A stretch of 64,000 bases of DNA from NCBI RefSeq assembly GCF_963921235.1, contig NC_086097.1:27716001-27780000 (forward strand). The letters are read 5' to 3'. Under the pieces are notes generated by a model. That model was not told the DNA's origin and did not search any database. It saw only the letters and a list, made by a program, of their open reading frames with translations. A program made the translations under genes and the position numbers. Position 1 is the first letter of the stretch; each line of letters begins with the position of its first letter. The DNA is from Mobula hypostoma (lineage: Eukaryota). Positions 13,718 through 26,632 of this stretch are shown here, one piece after another.

Positions 13718-14413
13718 TGTAAAGGGTTTCTTTTTTATATGTCACTGCGTAGTCTAATTAAAATGGCTTCTTTGTTATGTTTTAATTGAAAGAGCTTCTT
13801 TGTTAAGTTAACTGCTGAGAAAGTCCTCCCACTAGCAGTTAGTTTTGGATTATCTATTGATAAGAGGACGAATGAACCAATTGGGATAGTTGTTATGCTT
13901 TGGTGTGTCTGTAAGATATTCTATGTGTGGGGTTTTGGAGGAGAAGGCGGGAGAGAGAAACAGAGGATGGACCAGGTGCTGTGAGTCCGCTAACGGGGTC
14001 GGACCCCAAGCGGGGCATTCCGCGAGGAGAGGAGACGAAGATGGACTCGTGTGGAGCGTCTGGTCGACCACCGTTGTTGGTCACAGGCAGCCGGTCGAGG
14101 TGGTCCGAGGGGTCGCAGGGTGAAGAAGAAGGGTCCTGAGCTCCAACTGTTTGTGCACGAAGAGACTGAACTTTGATAAGTGTGGCGCCTTTTATTTTCC
14201 TTTTATATTTTATTCTCTATTAATTATATAGTTCCAGTAATATCTATAAACTGTAAAACATTTAATCATATCTGGTGTATTGTCTGTTATTTGGGCGGGG
14301 TGGGGTACATCACACAGCATCCACACAAACTAATTACCCAGTTTGGCAGGGCTGAGGGCTATTTCCCTAGACTACAGCGAGCCGAGCAACCCTGAGGTTG
14401 GCCGGGGCCTACA
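13718..14413. mobile_element. Solo LTR (Gypsy- or ERV1-like)
   Basis: Termini TGTA...TACA with a perfect 4-bp TSD CTTA (13714-13717, 14414-14417); interrupts a SINE tail; CpG-rich centre. Confidence 0.85.
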
Positions 14414-14989
14414 CTTATCTTTAAAAATCTTTATCTTTAAACAAAAAGATTAAAATTAAGTCTTGATCTGAACTTCTGTGAGCAGCTTCTGGGTAGTCCT
14501 TATCACAGCGGGCTTGCTATTTGAGCGGGACGATGAAAAAATCTCATCTGAAACACAGCTTCACCAGCAGTGCAGTACTGTCAGCACTGCTTTGTTATCT
14601 CTCAGTCCTTGAAAACAGAAGGCAAGGCTACAGGCAATGCTACTTTCCCAGAGCACTTTCCCACAAGCTGTCTGAAAGAGAGTCATGTTTAAGAACATCT
14701 AAAACCCAATCTAGGAGGTGACTTGTCTCCAACTCGGTAAGACCAAGACGAGGCTTTAACATCAGCACCAACTCTGTATCCACCAGTTTAAAAAATCCAA
14801 CACAGAACATAACACATATGGCCACTTCAGCTCACAATGTTGTGCTGACCTTTTAAACTTCTCCATGATCAATCTAACCCTTCCATCCTAACACACCCCA
14901 TAATCCTCCATTTTTCTTTACAATTCCCAAACTATTAAAAAAAATCAATTGACTATTGTTTTACATATCAAAGTTATATATCATCTTTT

Positions 14990-17092
14990 ACATAGTTACA
15001 TATTATCTTTTATAAACTGGAGTAAAATTTTAAATTCTAACCCTAAGGCTAAAGTAGTGACAAACTCTCAAATTTCAACACCATTCCAGTTAAAAAGGTC
15101 AACTAGACAAGGTTGTCCATTATCACCTGCTTTATTTGTACTGGCGATAGAGCCATTAGCAGAATTAATTAGAATTGATCCAGATATTACGGGTTTTAGA
15201 GTCAATCAGGAAGAATATAAAATTAATCTTTTTGCTCACAACATTCGTTACATAAATTATCTTCTAGATTGGATGAATATGGGAAGGTATCAGGTTATAA
15301 AATAAATTGGGTTAAAAGTGAAATTTTACCTCTTACTAAAGGAGACTACAGTCAATGTCGGTTAGCAACCCAATTTAGATGGCCGGTAAATGGTATAAAG
15401 TATTTAGGTATAAGACTTGATAATGATGTAAAGAATTTATATAAATTTAATTATTTACCACTATTGAAAAAAATTCAAGAAGATCTTTACAAATGGATGA
15501 TACTACCAATAACATTAGTAGGTAGAGTTAATGTTGTAAAAATGAACATATTTCCTAGATTACAGTATTTGCTTCAAACATTACCAATACAATTGCCACA
15601 GAAATTTTTTCAAGAGTTAAATAAATGTGTGAGAAAATTTCTTTGGAAAGGTAAAATGTCAAGAATATCATTGGAAAAATTGACATGTAAATTTGAGTTA
15701 GGAGGGTTACAACTTCCAAACTTTAAGAATTATTATAAAGATAATCAACTTAGATTTATTGCATCTTTTTTCGATGATCGAAAACCAGCATGGATTAAAA
15801 TAGAATTAGACAAGATAGGAGAAAATAGACCCCAAGATTTTATATATAAATGGGAATCTAAATGGATACGAGAAAAGAAAGAATCTCCTATATTAATACA
15901 TTTGATTGATCTATGGAATAAGATAAATGTTGATAATGAAATACAAAAATCTTTATTAGCAAGGAGACCTTTGTTCCAAAACAGACTTATTCCTTTTACA
16001 ATGGACAATCAACTTTTATATAATTGGTACCAAAAAGGGATTAAATTTATAGGAGATTGTTATGAACGAGGTATATTGATGTCATTTGAACAATTAAAGG
16101 ATAAATATAAAATATCAAATAATACTTTCTTTTGTTACCTTCAATTAAGGGCTTACTTAAAAGGTAAGCTGGGTCAAACAATGTTTTTGCCAAAACCTAA
16201 TGAAATTGAAACTTTAATTCAAAAAGGGAAAATTAAAAGATTTATTTCTTGTATGTATAATTTGATTACAGACAATTAAACAAGGAATCCATAAGTCAAA
16301 ACAAAAATGGGAAACAGATCTGAATATTAATATTGATGAAACAAATTGGTCAAGACTCTTTCTTGACAGTATGACAAATACAATAAATCCTCGACTTAGA
16401 TTAGTACAATATAATTTATTACACCAATTATATATTACACCACAAAAAATAAATAGATTAAATTCAAATCTATCTGATAAATGCTTTCGGTGTAATCAAG
16501 AAATTGGTACTTTTTTACATTCTACTTGGTCTTGTTTTAAAATTCAACCCTTTTGGATAAATTTTAGAGTCTTATTGGAACAAATTACTGGAACTCAACT
16601 TCCACATAACCCTGTATTATTTCTATTAGGTGATATTGAAGGGATAAAGCCGAAACTTAAATTGAATAAATATCAGAAAGAATTTATAAAAATTGCATTG
16701 GCAGTATCTAAGAAGACTATAGCAGTTACTTGGAAATCTGATTCGTGTTTAAGTATGAATCGTTGGAATAATGAAATGGCTAGTTCTGTTCCACTCGAAA
16801 AAATTACTTATAATTTAAGAGATAAATATGTAACATTTCTGAATATTTGGCGCCCTTATTTACAAAAGATAGGATGGCATATTTAAGTGCTCCGATAAAG
16901 ATCTTGGTCCCTTGGGGAAAGTAACGAATAAGTATACCAAATTTATTTTGAACTCCATGGAGCATGTGGAAACCTTCCAATACCCAGGCAGTTCTTCTTT
17001 TTTAGGTAGGACCATATATGGGGGGGGGAGGGTAGACACTATCTTTTCATGTATTCATTTTGAAAATTCAATAAAAATTATATTAAAAAAAA
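14990..17092 (+). mobile_element. 5'-truncated L1-clade LINE (ORF2 RT, C-terminal CCHC, 3' UTR, polyA)
   Basis: TRQGCPLSPALFVLAIEPLA, KYLGI, GGLQLPNF and CFRC..H..WSC motifs across ORFs at 14949-16886; AATAAA near 17070 followed by an A-tract; AT-rich. Confidence 0.92.
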
Positions 17093-18789
17093 GTTAATGT
17101 CAAGTTTATTATCACTGTAGACATATATGTTAATATACTATCCGGAGATTCATTGTCTTGCAGGTACAGGAAAAGAAAGAAATACAATAGATTTTATGAA
17201 CCTATACATAAACAAGGACTGAGAAATAACCGATGTGCAAAAGAAGACAAACTGTGTAAAAAAAAACACTAAGAACCTGTATTGTAAGGAGTCCTTGAAA
17301 ATGAGCCTGCATGTTGTAGAAACAGCTCAGAGTTGCAGTGAGAGAAGTTATCCATGCTAGTTCAGGAGCCTGATGCTTGTAGGGATAATAACTATTGCTG
17401 AATTTTGTGGTGTGGACCCTAAGACTCCTGTATCTCCAGCACGGTTTGAACGGTAGGGGTGCTTAATGGTGGATACTGCTTTCTTGTGCTAGTGCCGCTC
17501 TACGTAAACGTGCTCAATGGTGGTGAAGGCTTTGCCTGTGATGGACCAAAATGTATTCACCACTTTCCGTAGTCTTTCCGTTCCTGGGCATTGGTGATTA
17601 TATGCTAAGCCACGATGCAACCAGTTAGGATACTCTCCATTGTGTCTGTTGAAACTTTAGATGACAAGCTGAATCTAGGCAATCTTGTAAGAAAGTGTAA
17701 GTGCTGTAAACACAAAATAATCTGCAGATGCTGGGGTCAAAGCAACACTCACAACACGCTGGAGGAACTCAGCAGGTCAGGCAGCATCAGTGGAAAAGAT
17801 CGGTCGACGTTTTGGGCCGGAACCTTTCGTCGGGACTGTAGGGGGAAGGGGCAGAGGCCCTATAAAGAAGGTGGGGAGAGGGTGGGGAGAAGGCTGGTAG
17901 GTTCCAGGTGAAAAACCAGTAAGGGGAAAGATAAAGGGGTGGGGGAGGGGAAGCAGGGAGGGGATAGGCAGGAAAGGTGAAGAAAGAAGCCCAGTCTCTG
18001 CAGGACCAAGTCTATGTATGCTGGAGCTGGAGGCCTGCCCTGAGGTTAAAGGACTGTGTATGTGTGTAGATGGGAGGGAGGAACACAGCTTGTTTTTGCT
18101 GTCGTTGTTTTGTTGCTTGTTGTGTTCTGTGTTGTTCTGCCGAGCATTGTGGGCATGCTATGTTGGTGTATGAATGTATGGCAACACTTGCGATCTTCCC
18201 TTAGAACACAAGTAGTTAAAGCAAACACTATATTTCACTGTATGTTTCAATGTACATGGACAAATAAACTTGAATCAACATCCATCATATTAATCTCTAT
18301 GGGAAATATGTTTTAATAATATCATCTCTCATTCCTTAAATTCTGGACTGTACAAGTCCAATTTGCTGAATCTCTCTGCATTTAGTAATTCTCCCGTTCT
18401 AGTGAAGTTTCAACAAGGCTGAAATAATAAGCTGACAGAGTCAATATGCAGACATAGTGCAGCCACTCACTGCCCATGAAACCTCAATCCCCTTTAGTAC
18501 AGCCTCTCTGTTCAAACCTGGAAAGCGAGGTCATCAGGCAGAAGACGACAGGGTATTAATACGAACAAAGAGTGCAAGACACACACTATTTGACAGTTAT
18601 TTTATTTAACCTCAGGTATTATTGACCTTTAAAATATAGATATAATTGGTTATTAACAGCAGAAATATGCAACTGATTGACTTATAAGTGCACAAAGTTT
18701 CTATGGGATCAATATCTGTATTTCTGTATAAAAATGGTATTTCTCTGTTCAAACTTCAGAACAGTTTGGTGATGGGGTTTAATACAGTA

Positions 18790-19182
18790 TATTAAAAAGT
18801 GAGGTAGAGTTCACAGGATCAATGTTCATTTAATAATCGGATGGCAGAGGGGAAGAAGCTGTTCCTGAATCACTGAGTGTGTGCCTTCAGGCTTCTGTAC
18901 CTCCTACCTGATGGTAACAGTGAGAAAAGGGCATGCCCTGGGTGCTGGAGGTCCTTAATAATGGATGCTGCCTTTCAGAGACACTGCTCCTTGAAGATGT
19001 CCGGGTACTTTGTAGGCTAGTACCCAAGATGGAGCCAACTAAGTTGACGACCCTCTGCAGCTTCTTTTGGGCCCGTGCAGAAGCCCCCCCACCCCCATAT
19101 CAGACAGTGAAGCAGCCAGTCAGAATGCTCTCCACGGTACATCTATAGAAGTATTTGAGTGTTTTTGTTGACGTACCAAATT
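18790..19182 (-). mobile_element. Rex1/Babar-like 3' fragment
   Basis: Sequence closely similar to 6170-6530. Confidence 0.8.
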
Positions 19183-19673
19183 TGTTACTTAGTTAAAATT
19201 AGTTTGTCTTTTATACACCTTTTAACTATTTCCATGAAACTTCAGAAATTGGGGCAGCCGCTTAATTGGGCCAAAATGCACTGTTCCTGATAAGTCCTAG
19301 TTAATTGGGAACGTAAATCACCGTAAATACACAGCAAGATCTAACAATATGGAATTGACCTGATCAAAAAAACATTGATTGAAGGATAAATACTGGCAGT
19401 AATCTAATTTGTTCTGTATTTCATTTAGATACATAACTTGTTACTAACCTTGAGGTTCTGTTTTTCAGCTTTTTATCTAGCTCCCTACATTCTCGTTTCA
19501 GTACCTCATCCCTTTTCCTAACTATGTTGTTGGTACCAATATGTAACATGACTTCTGACTGCTCACCCTCCCCATTTAAAATGTTGTAAGCCCACTGCCC
19601 TATTTCAAGCACAAAATGCCAATGCCCAGCAGTGTTTTTGGCTCACTACCAACCATATGCTGACTAGAAAAAG

Positions 19674-21144
19674 ATGAGGCAATGTTAGTGCTTGGGCAAC
19701 AGTTCTCAATGCAGAGGGACACACTCTACAGAAGGGAGTGCAGATGGAGTCATACAGCATGAAAACAGGCCCTACAGCCCAACGGATCCATGTATTGTAT
19801 AGAACATTGGTAAGATTATACCTTTATTTGTCAGAAGTACATTGAAACATACAGTGAAATGCGTCGTTTTGAGTCAACAACCAACACAGTCTGAAGATGA
19901 GTTGGGGGCAGCCTGCAAGAGTGGTCAAGCTTCCAAAGCCAACATAGCATGCTCACAACTTACTAACCCTAACCATGAGTCTTTGAAATATGGGAGGAAA
20001 CTAGTGCACCTGGAGGAGACCAAAACGGTCACGGAGAGGATGTACCAACTCCTTACAGACAATGGCGGGAATCGAACCCTGATATGTAATCACTGGTGCT
20101 GTAAAGCGCTTGCATTAACCACTACGTTACCATGCTGCCATACCAATTATGGTGTACATTTCTGGGTAACTACAAGAGTCACAGAGCAGAAACAGGCCTT
20201 CTAGCCCATCTAGTCTATGACAAACTGTTACTCTGTCTAGTCCCATCGAACTGCACCTGGACCATAGCCCTCCAGACCACTTCCATCTGAGCACTTACCC
20301 AAACTTCTCTTAAATGTTGTAATCAAACCCACATCCAACAAAATATCATTCTGTTCTTCACAACCAAAATTGCATGACCCAGGCCTGTTCTCACTTTTCT
20401 CTCCGATCAGTTCTTCACCAGCTCAGATACATACTACATTATGTACCTGATTAAGTAGAAAAACCCCACAGGAATTTTGGCAGCGCTGGCCAGGATTAGG
20501 TCAATGGCTGTGGAAGCCAAGTCACTGGGTATATTTAAAGCAGAGGTTGACAGGTTCTTGATTAGTATGGGTGTCAAAGGTTATGGAGAGAAGGCGGGAG
20601 AATGGGTTGAGAGGAAAAATAAATCAGCTGTGATTGAATGGTGGAGCACGCTACATTGGCTGAATGGCCTAATTCTACTCCTGTGTCTTTTAGTTTTATG
20701 GTAATGAGGAGGAACTGGACAGGCAGGGAATGGATTCTCTAAAGCAAAGGAGTTAAGAGATGACCTTATAGAAGTGTATATTAAAAAATGAAAGGCATAG
20801 TGGATGATCATGATTGTTTTCTCAGGGTAGAGGAGTCAAAATCTAGAGGGCATAGAGAGGGGAAAGAGGATCTCAGGGGCAATTTTTTTCCACACAGAGG
20901 GTGATGGGTAAATGGAACCCATTTCAGACCGTGTTGGTTGTTGACTCAAAACGACGCATTTCACTGTATGTTTCAATGTACTTCTGACAAATAAAGGTAT
21001 AATCTTACCAATGTTCTATACAATACATGGATCCGTTGGGCTGTAGGGCCTGTTTTCATGCTGTATGACTCCATCTGCACTCCCTTCTGTAGAGTGTGTC
21101 CCTCTGCATTGAGAACTGTTGCCTAAGCACTAACATTGCCTCAT
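19674..21144. repeat. 222-bp inverted duplication (19674-19895 versus 20923-21144)
   Basis: Direct comparison: reverse-complement identical except for two substitutions. Confidence 0.95.
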
Positions 21145-21299
21145 TAGGAAGTCGTAGAGATGGGTACAATCACAAAGTGTACTTGGACAGATACATGGAC
21201 AGGAAAGATTTAGAGGGATACAAACCAAACACAAGCTAATGTGACTAGCTCAGGAAGGCTTGGTCAGCATGGATGAGTTGAGCTGAAGGGCCTGCGGAA

Positions 21300-21430
21300 T
21301 GAGAAATATTCCATGGCACTATCCAAAGATCAGGGAGAGTCCCCTCAGTGTCCTATTCCAATATCAATCTTTTAAGTCAAGATCATGTGTAAAAATACAT
21401 CTAGTTCTTGGAGAGGGGTTGCACTGGCCC
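21300..21430 (+). mobile_element. Ancient Deu-domain SINE remnant (SacSINE1/AmnSINE-like)
   Basis: CCATGGCACTAT..AAAGATCAGGGAGAGTCCCCTCAGTGTCCT..CCAATAT resembles the Deu domain as recalled. Related remnants at about 14540-14590, 57535-57600 (GCCTCTGAGTCAGAAGG head) and 58535-58650. Confidence 0.5.
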
Positions 21431-22277
21431 GAGGTCCTAAGATGGCCAGTCTGCATGCTTAGGCATGAGAGAAATTTCCTGACTGGAATGTCATTTGCAG
21501 ACAACACAAAAATTGGCAAAAATTGTGGATAGTGAGCAAGATTGTCAAAACATACAGCAAGATATAGATCAGTCGGAAATGTGAGCAGAGAAATGGCAGA
21601 TGCCAGTTTTTAATCTGGACAAGTATAACACCTTGCCATTTGAAGAAAGTACACAATAAACAGCAGCATCCTTAGGAGCTCTGATATACGAAGCAACCTT
21701 GGGCCGCAAGCCCGTAGCTCCCTGAAAGGGGCAACACAAACAGACAGGATGATACGATGACATTTTATAAGGTATAATTTCCACCATACAGGAAAGATGT
21801 GGAGGCTTTGGAGAAGATGCAGAAAAGATTTACCAGGATGTATCCTGGATTGGAGAGCATTAACTTGAAAGAGAGATTGGATAAACTTGGATTGATTTTG
21901 TTACAGTGTTGGAGTCTGACAGGTGACCAGAAGGCTTACAAAGTTATGAGAGACACTAAGAGGATAAATAAGAGCATTTCTCTCAGGGAGGAAATATCAA
22001 ATACTAGAGGGTGTGGCTTTATGGTGAGAGGGGCAAAACTTCAAAGGAGATGTTTTAGGCAAGTTTTTTTTTTACACAGTTAGAGCTGACTGGAATGCTG
22101 TACAGGGTATGTGGTGGAAGCAGATATGATAGCAACATTTAAGAGGAACATGGCTAGGTACAAGCATATGTGATTTGTTTAGATTGGTATCATGGGTTCA
22201 GTACTGACATGGTGGGCTGAAGGGTGTGTGAAACACAGTAAATTCCAGTATTCTTGCTCACACTAACTATTCTGCCA

Positions 22278-22640
22278 TGGTAGCGTAGCAGTTAGCTTAA
22301 CGTTATTACAGCACCAGCGACCCAGGTTCAATTCTGCTGCTGTCTGTGGGGAGTTAGCACGTTCTCCATGTGACTACATGGGATTCCTCTGCATACTCCA
22401 GTCTCCTTCCCCAATCCCAAAGACTTAGGGAGTTAGCACGTTCTCCATGTGACCACATGGGATTCCTCTGCATACTCCAGTCTCCTTCCCCAATCCGAAA
22501 GATGTACGGGTTAGGGTATTCCATGTTGGCACCGGAAGCGTGTTGACACTGCCCTCAGCACATTCTCAGACTGTATTGGTCATTTTCACACATGATGCAT
22601 TTCACTCTGTTTTGATGTACACGTGACTAATTTTTATCTT
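22278..22640 (+). mobile_element. V-SINE (HE1-like) with an internal 79-bp tandem duplication
   Basis: tRNA-like head TAGCGTAGCAGTTAGC..GGTTCAATTC; V-domain GGAGTT.GCACGTTCTCC.TGTG; duplicated unit starting at 22349 and 22428. Confidence 0.8.
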
Positions 22641-23704
22641 TATAATAAAGAAATTAATTGTCTTTTATTCACTATACTCTGCTACATAAGAGCAGAGACA
22701 ACCAAGGGCTTCCCTTTGTTTACAACTTCCTATGACAGCCAGAAATAGAACTTCTCTGTTACTGTAACACTACACTGCTTTCTATTTTGTTTTAGTTTGT
22801 TCTACCTCAATGCATTGTTGTAATAATCTGATCTATATGACCAGTATGCAAGACGAGCTTTTCCCTGTATCTCAGTACATGTAACAATAAAAAACCAATT
22901 CCAATAACAACGAAGTGGCCCAGTAGTTCTGATAAAAAGCGACCCCTCTTGGGCACAGCATCTCTCTAGAGTCACAACCACATCTGCATTGCACAATCAT
23001 CCTTCAAAAACCAACTACTCACAACAATCAACTTTACTCAGCAAGAACAATTAGGTTGTAATCGATCTCAGGCTGTGCCAATTTGGAGCACTTCTCCAAG
23101 GGCAGATTAAACAGGCCACCTGAGCAGCAGGTATATTTAAAGCAGTGCCTTTCAGCATTAGCAAATGGCTATTATGAATCTGCTTGTTATTATAACATTT
23201 CTCTAACTTTATAGTCCTAGACCACCAGAGCAAAGAAGCAGGCCCTCAGCCCACATAGTCTGTGAGGCTGTGCTAAACTGTTACACTGTCTAGTCTCATC
23301 AACCTGCACCTATACAACATCCCTCCATACCCCTTCTATCCATGTACTTATCCAAATTTCTCTCAAATGTTGAAAACAAACCAGTATTCACCACTTCCAC
23401 TCGCAGTTTACTCCACACTCTGAGCGAAGAACCACCTTGGTTCCCCTTAAATGTTCACCTTTCACACTTAACTTATGGCCTCGAGTTCTAGTTTCTCCCA
23501 ACCTCAGTGGAAAAAGCCTGCTTGCATTTACCATATCTGTACCCCTCATAATTTTCAATACCTCTATCAAATCTTCCTTCATTCTCCTATTCTCCAAGGA
23601 AAACTTTTTCCCGTAACTCTAGTCCTCAATTCCAGCAACATCCTTGTAAATTTTCTCTGCACTCTTTCAATTTTTTTGATATGTTTGAACAGAAATGCAC
23701 ACAA

Positions 23705-24200
23705 TAATTCCTGTAACCATTCCCCTCCGTCCCCCTCCAATTTGTTTTTTCTTATCTCACGAGCCTTTTCACACGAATTCTTTCCCTTCCCCTGCTCTCT
23801 CAATTTCCCCATCACCCACCAACTGCTCCCTCTGGTTCTCTCATCTACCATTTATTCCATGGTCCGCTGTCCTCTCCTAGCAGTTTCCATCCTCTTCAGC
23901 CTTTTATCACTTCCACCAATCTCCGCCAGCTTCTTACATCATTCACACTCTCCCCACAACCCCCAACCTGCCTATTATTCCCCCCCTCACCTGAATTCAC
24001 CTATCAAACACCAGCTTTTGCTCCATCCCTCCCCATCACATTTTATATTGGCTCTCTCTTGTCTTTCTTTCCAGTGATGATGAAGGATCTTGACCGGAAA
24101 CATTGACTGTCCCTTACCCTCCACAGATGCTATCTGCCCCACTGAGTTCCTCCAGCATTTTATGTATTGCTTCAGATTTCCAGCATTTGCAGCCTCTTTT
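23705..24200 (+). mobile_element. Penelope-like terminal repeat with pyrimidine-rich tail
   Basis: Homologous to the reverse complement of 975-1320. Further copies at about 5515-5880 (-), 10640-11170 (+), 17706-17990 (-), 34555-34690 (-), 38790-39035 (-), 9917-10010 (+) and 48872-48955 (+). Confidence 0.75.
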
Positions 24201-24746
24201 GTACCTGTTAAATTAACTAGAGTATTTATTGACAATCTGGAATGGTTGACAAATTGGATGTGGGATGGGTCTTTGACTTGCAGCAAATGGTTTACTGTGC
24301 TCCAGAGCATTAATTTAATCCGAAGGTAATGTATGACCGTAAGACCTAGGAGCAGAATTAGGTCATTTGAACCATCGAGTCTGCTCCACCATTTGATCAT
24401 GACACTTATTTCCATATCAACCCCAGTCTCCTGCCTTCTTCTTGTAACTTTGACGCCCTTACCAATCAAGAACATATCAAAATCCGCTTTAAATATATCC
24501 AGTAACTTGGCCCCCAGATATCTGTGGCAACAAATTCCACAGACTCACTATCCTGGCTAAAGCTATTTCTCTTCATCCCTGTTCTAAAGGGATGTCCTTT
24601 GTCTCTGAGGCCACGCCCTCTGGTCCTAGACGCCCCACATCGTCTCCATGTCCACTCTATATAGGCCTTTCAATATCCAATAGTTGGAATGAGATCCACC
24701 CTCATTTTTCTAAACTCCAGACCAAAATAAATGCTAACTATTGTAA

Positions 24747-24943
24747 GCAACACACATAAAGGTTGCTGGTGAACGCAGCAGGCCAGGCAGCATCTCTAGG
24801 AAGAGGTGCAGTCGACGTTTCAGGCCGAGACCCTGAAACGTCGACTGCACCTCTTCCTAGAGATGCTGCCTGGCCTGCTGCGTTCACCAGCAACTTTGAT
24901 GTGTGTTGCTTGAACTTCCAGCATCTGCAGAATTCCTGTTGTT
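24747..24943. mobile_element. Palindromic mini Penelope-like insertion with 15-bp TSD
   Basis: Near-perfect inverted repeat (arms about 24745-24824 and 24832-24911, 7-nt loop); TGCTAACTATTGTAA at 24732-24746 and 24944-24958. Confidence 0.9.
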
Positions 24944-25714
24944 TGCTAACTATTGTAATATGCTTGCCACACCATTAATGTATCAGTTTCTACCACCAGC
25001 CCTGGCAGTATGTTTTTAACACCTTCCACTCTCTGTGTAAAAAAAAACTTGCGACATAAATCTCCTTTAAACTTGCCCCTTCTCAACTTAAAGGTATGCT
25101 CTCTAGTATTTGGCATTTCTACCTTTCATGTAGTTACAACACAGGGTACTTGTAAGTGTTTGATGTACTTTCCTGTACCTCAGCACCTACACTGTCTTGT
25201 ATATCCATCTGTGCAACCCTACAAAATGTAAGTGCTTCATCTGCTTTTAATTTGATGTCAGTCTATGTGAACTTTGCAATTTTTTAAGGTTATTATTTAA
25301 TTACTTCGAATGAAATTACCTGCAAATTTACAGGGTTATGGGGAAAAGCTCAGGGCATGGAACTAAGTGGATGAATCTACCAGATATACTGGGCTATCTG
25401 TTGCATAGATTGTGTAGTCATTAGCACGACACTATTACAACTCGGGGCGGAGTTCAGAGTTCAGTTCCAGTGCCATCAGTAAGAAGTTTTTACATCCTTC
25501 CCATGAGTGCTTGTGTGTCTCCCAGGTACTCGATTTCCTCCCACATTCCATTGAGGTACAGTTAGTAAGTTAATAAGTCATTGTAAATTATCCTGTGATT
25601 AGGCTAGTGTTAAATAGGTAGGTTGTGGGGTGGTACGGTTCATTGGGGTGTAAGGGTCTGTTATTTATTTAAATATAGTAAATAGATACATATAAAGATC
25701 TATCAAAAAATAGT

Positions 25715-26400
25715 CCGCTTGAGTGGTGTCACAACAATCTCACACACCATCTCAGCCAGAACAGGGAATTGATTGTGGGCTTCAGGGAGGGAAGTCAGGA
25801 GAATGAACACCAGCCCTTATTAAACGGTCTATGGTGGAAAGGGGGAGCAGTTTCTAGTCCCTGGGTGTCTACAATGATACGTCCTGGCCCAACATATAGA
25901 TAGAACTATGAAGAAGGTTCTACTTAGAACTACACCAATGGTTCTACTTAGTTAGGAGATTTAAAAGAGTCGGTATGTCACCAAAGACTCTTACAGATTT
26001 CTATAGCTATACTGTGGAGAGCATTATGGTTCCATCACTGCCTGGTATGGAGGCTCCAATGCACAAGATCAAAAACAGAATGTAGAGTGTTGTAGGCTCA
26101 GCCAGCACCATCATGGGCACAACTGAGGATATCTTCAGAGGCAGTGGCTCAGGAGGAGGATCCATCACTAAGAACCCTCCCCACTGGGACATACCCTCTT
26201 CTCATTACTACCATCAGCCAGAAGGTGCAGGAACGCTGAATGATTCAGAAACATCTTCACCTCCATCATCAAATTCCTGAATGGTCCATGAAACCATGAA
26301 CACTATCACATTATTCCTTTTTCTGCACCATAATAATTGTATCAGAATATTTTTATGTCTTTATGTATTGTTCCCGCAAAACAATAAAATTTCACATCAC
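25715..26400 (+). mobile_element. Decayed Rex1/Babar-like 3' fragment
   Basis: Degenerate ELIVDFR, ESI and GHxLFSLLPS coding remnants plus the family 3' UTR. Confidence 0.7.
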
Positions 26401-26632
26401 TGGTGCAGCACTGTAGCATAGCAACTAGCGTAACACTATTAAAGCGCCAGCAACCAGGGTTCAATTCTGCTGCTGTCTGTAAGGAATTTGTACATTCTCC
26501 CTCCAGCCTTGTGGGTTTCTCCCACATTCCCAAGATGTTAGGGTTAATTGGTCTCACGGGTGTAACTGGGCAGTGCGAGCACATTGAGTTGGAAGGACCT
26601 GTTACTGTGCTGTATCTCTAAATAAGTAAATT

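Noticed and set aside
9419..22502. Short direct repeats (70 bp and 79 bp) as CRISPR-like or functional arrays
   Set aside because: Only two copies each, no spacer array, inside decayed TEs in a vertebrate genome; simple local duplications.
23475..24077. 200-aa Pro/Ser/Leu-rich ORF
   Set aside because: Made of antisense CR1 plus the pyrimidine-rich PLE tail, which is naturally poor in stop codons.
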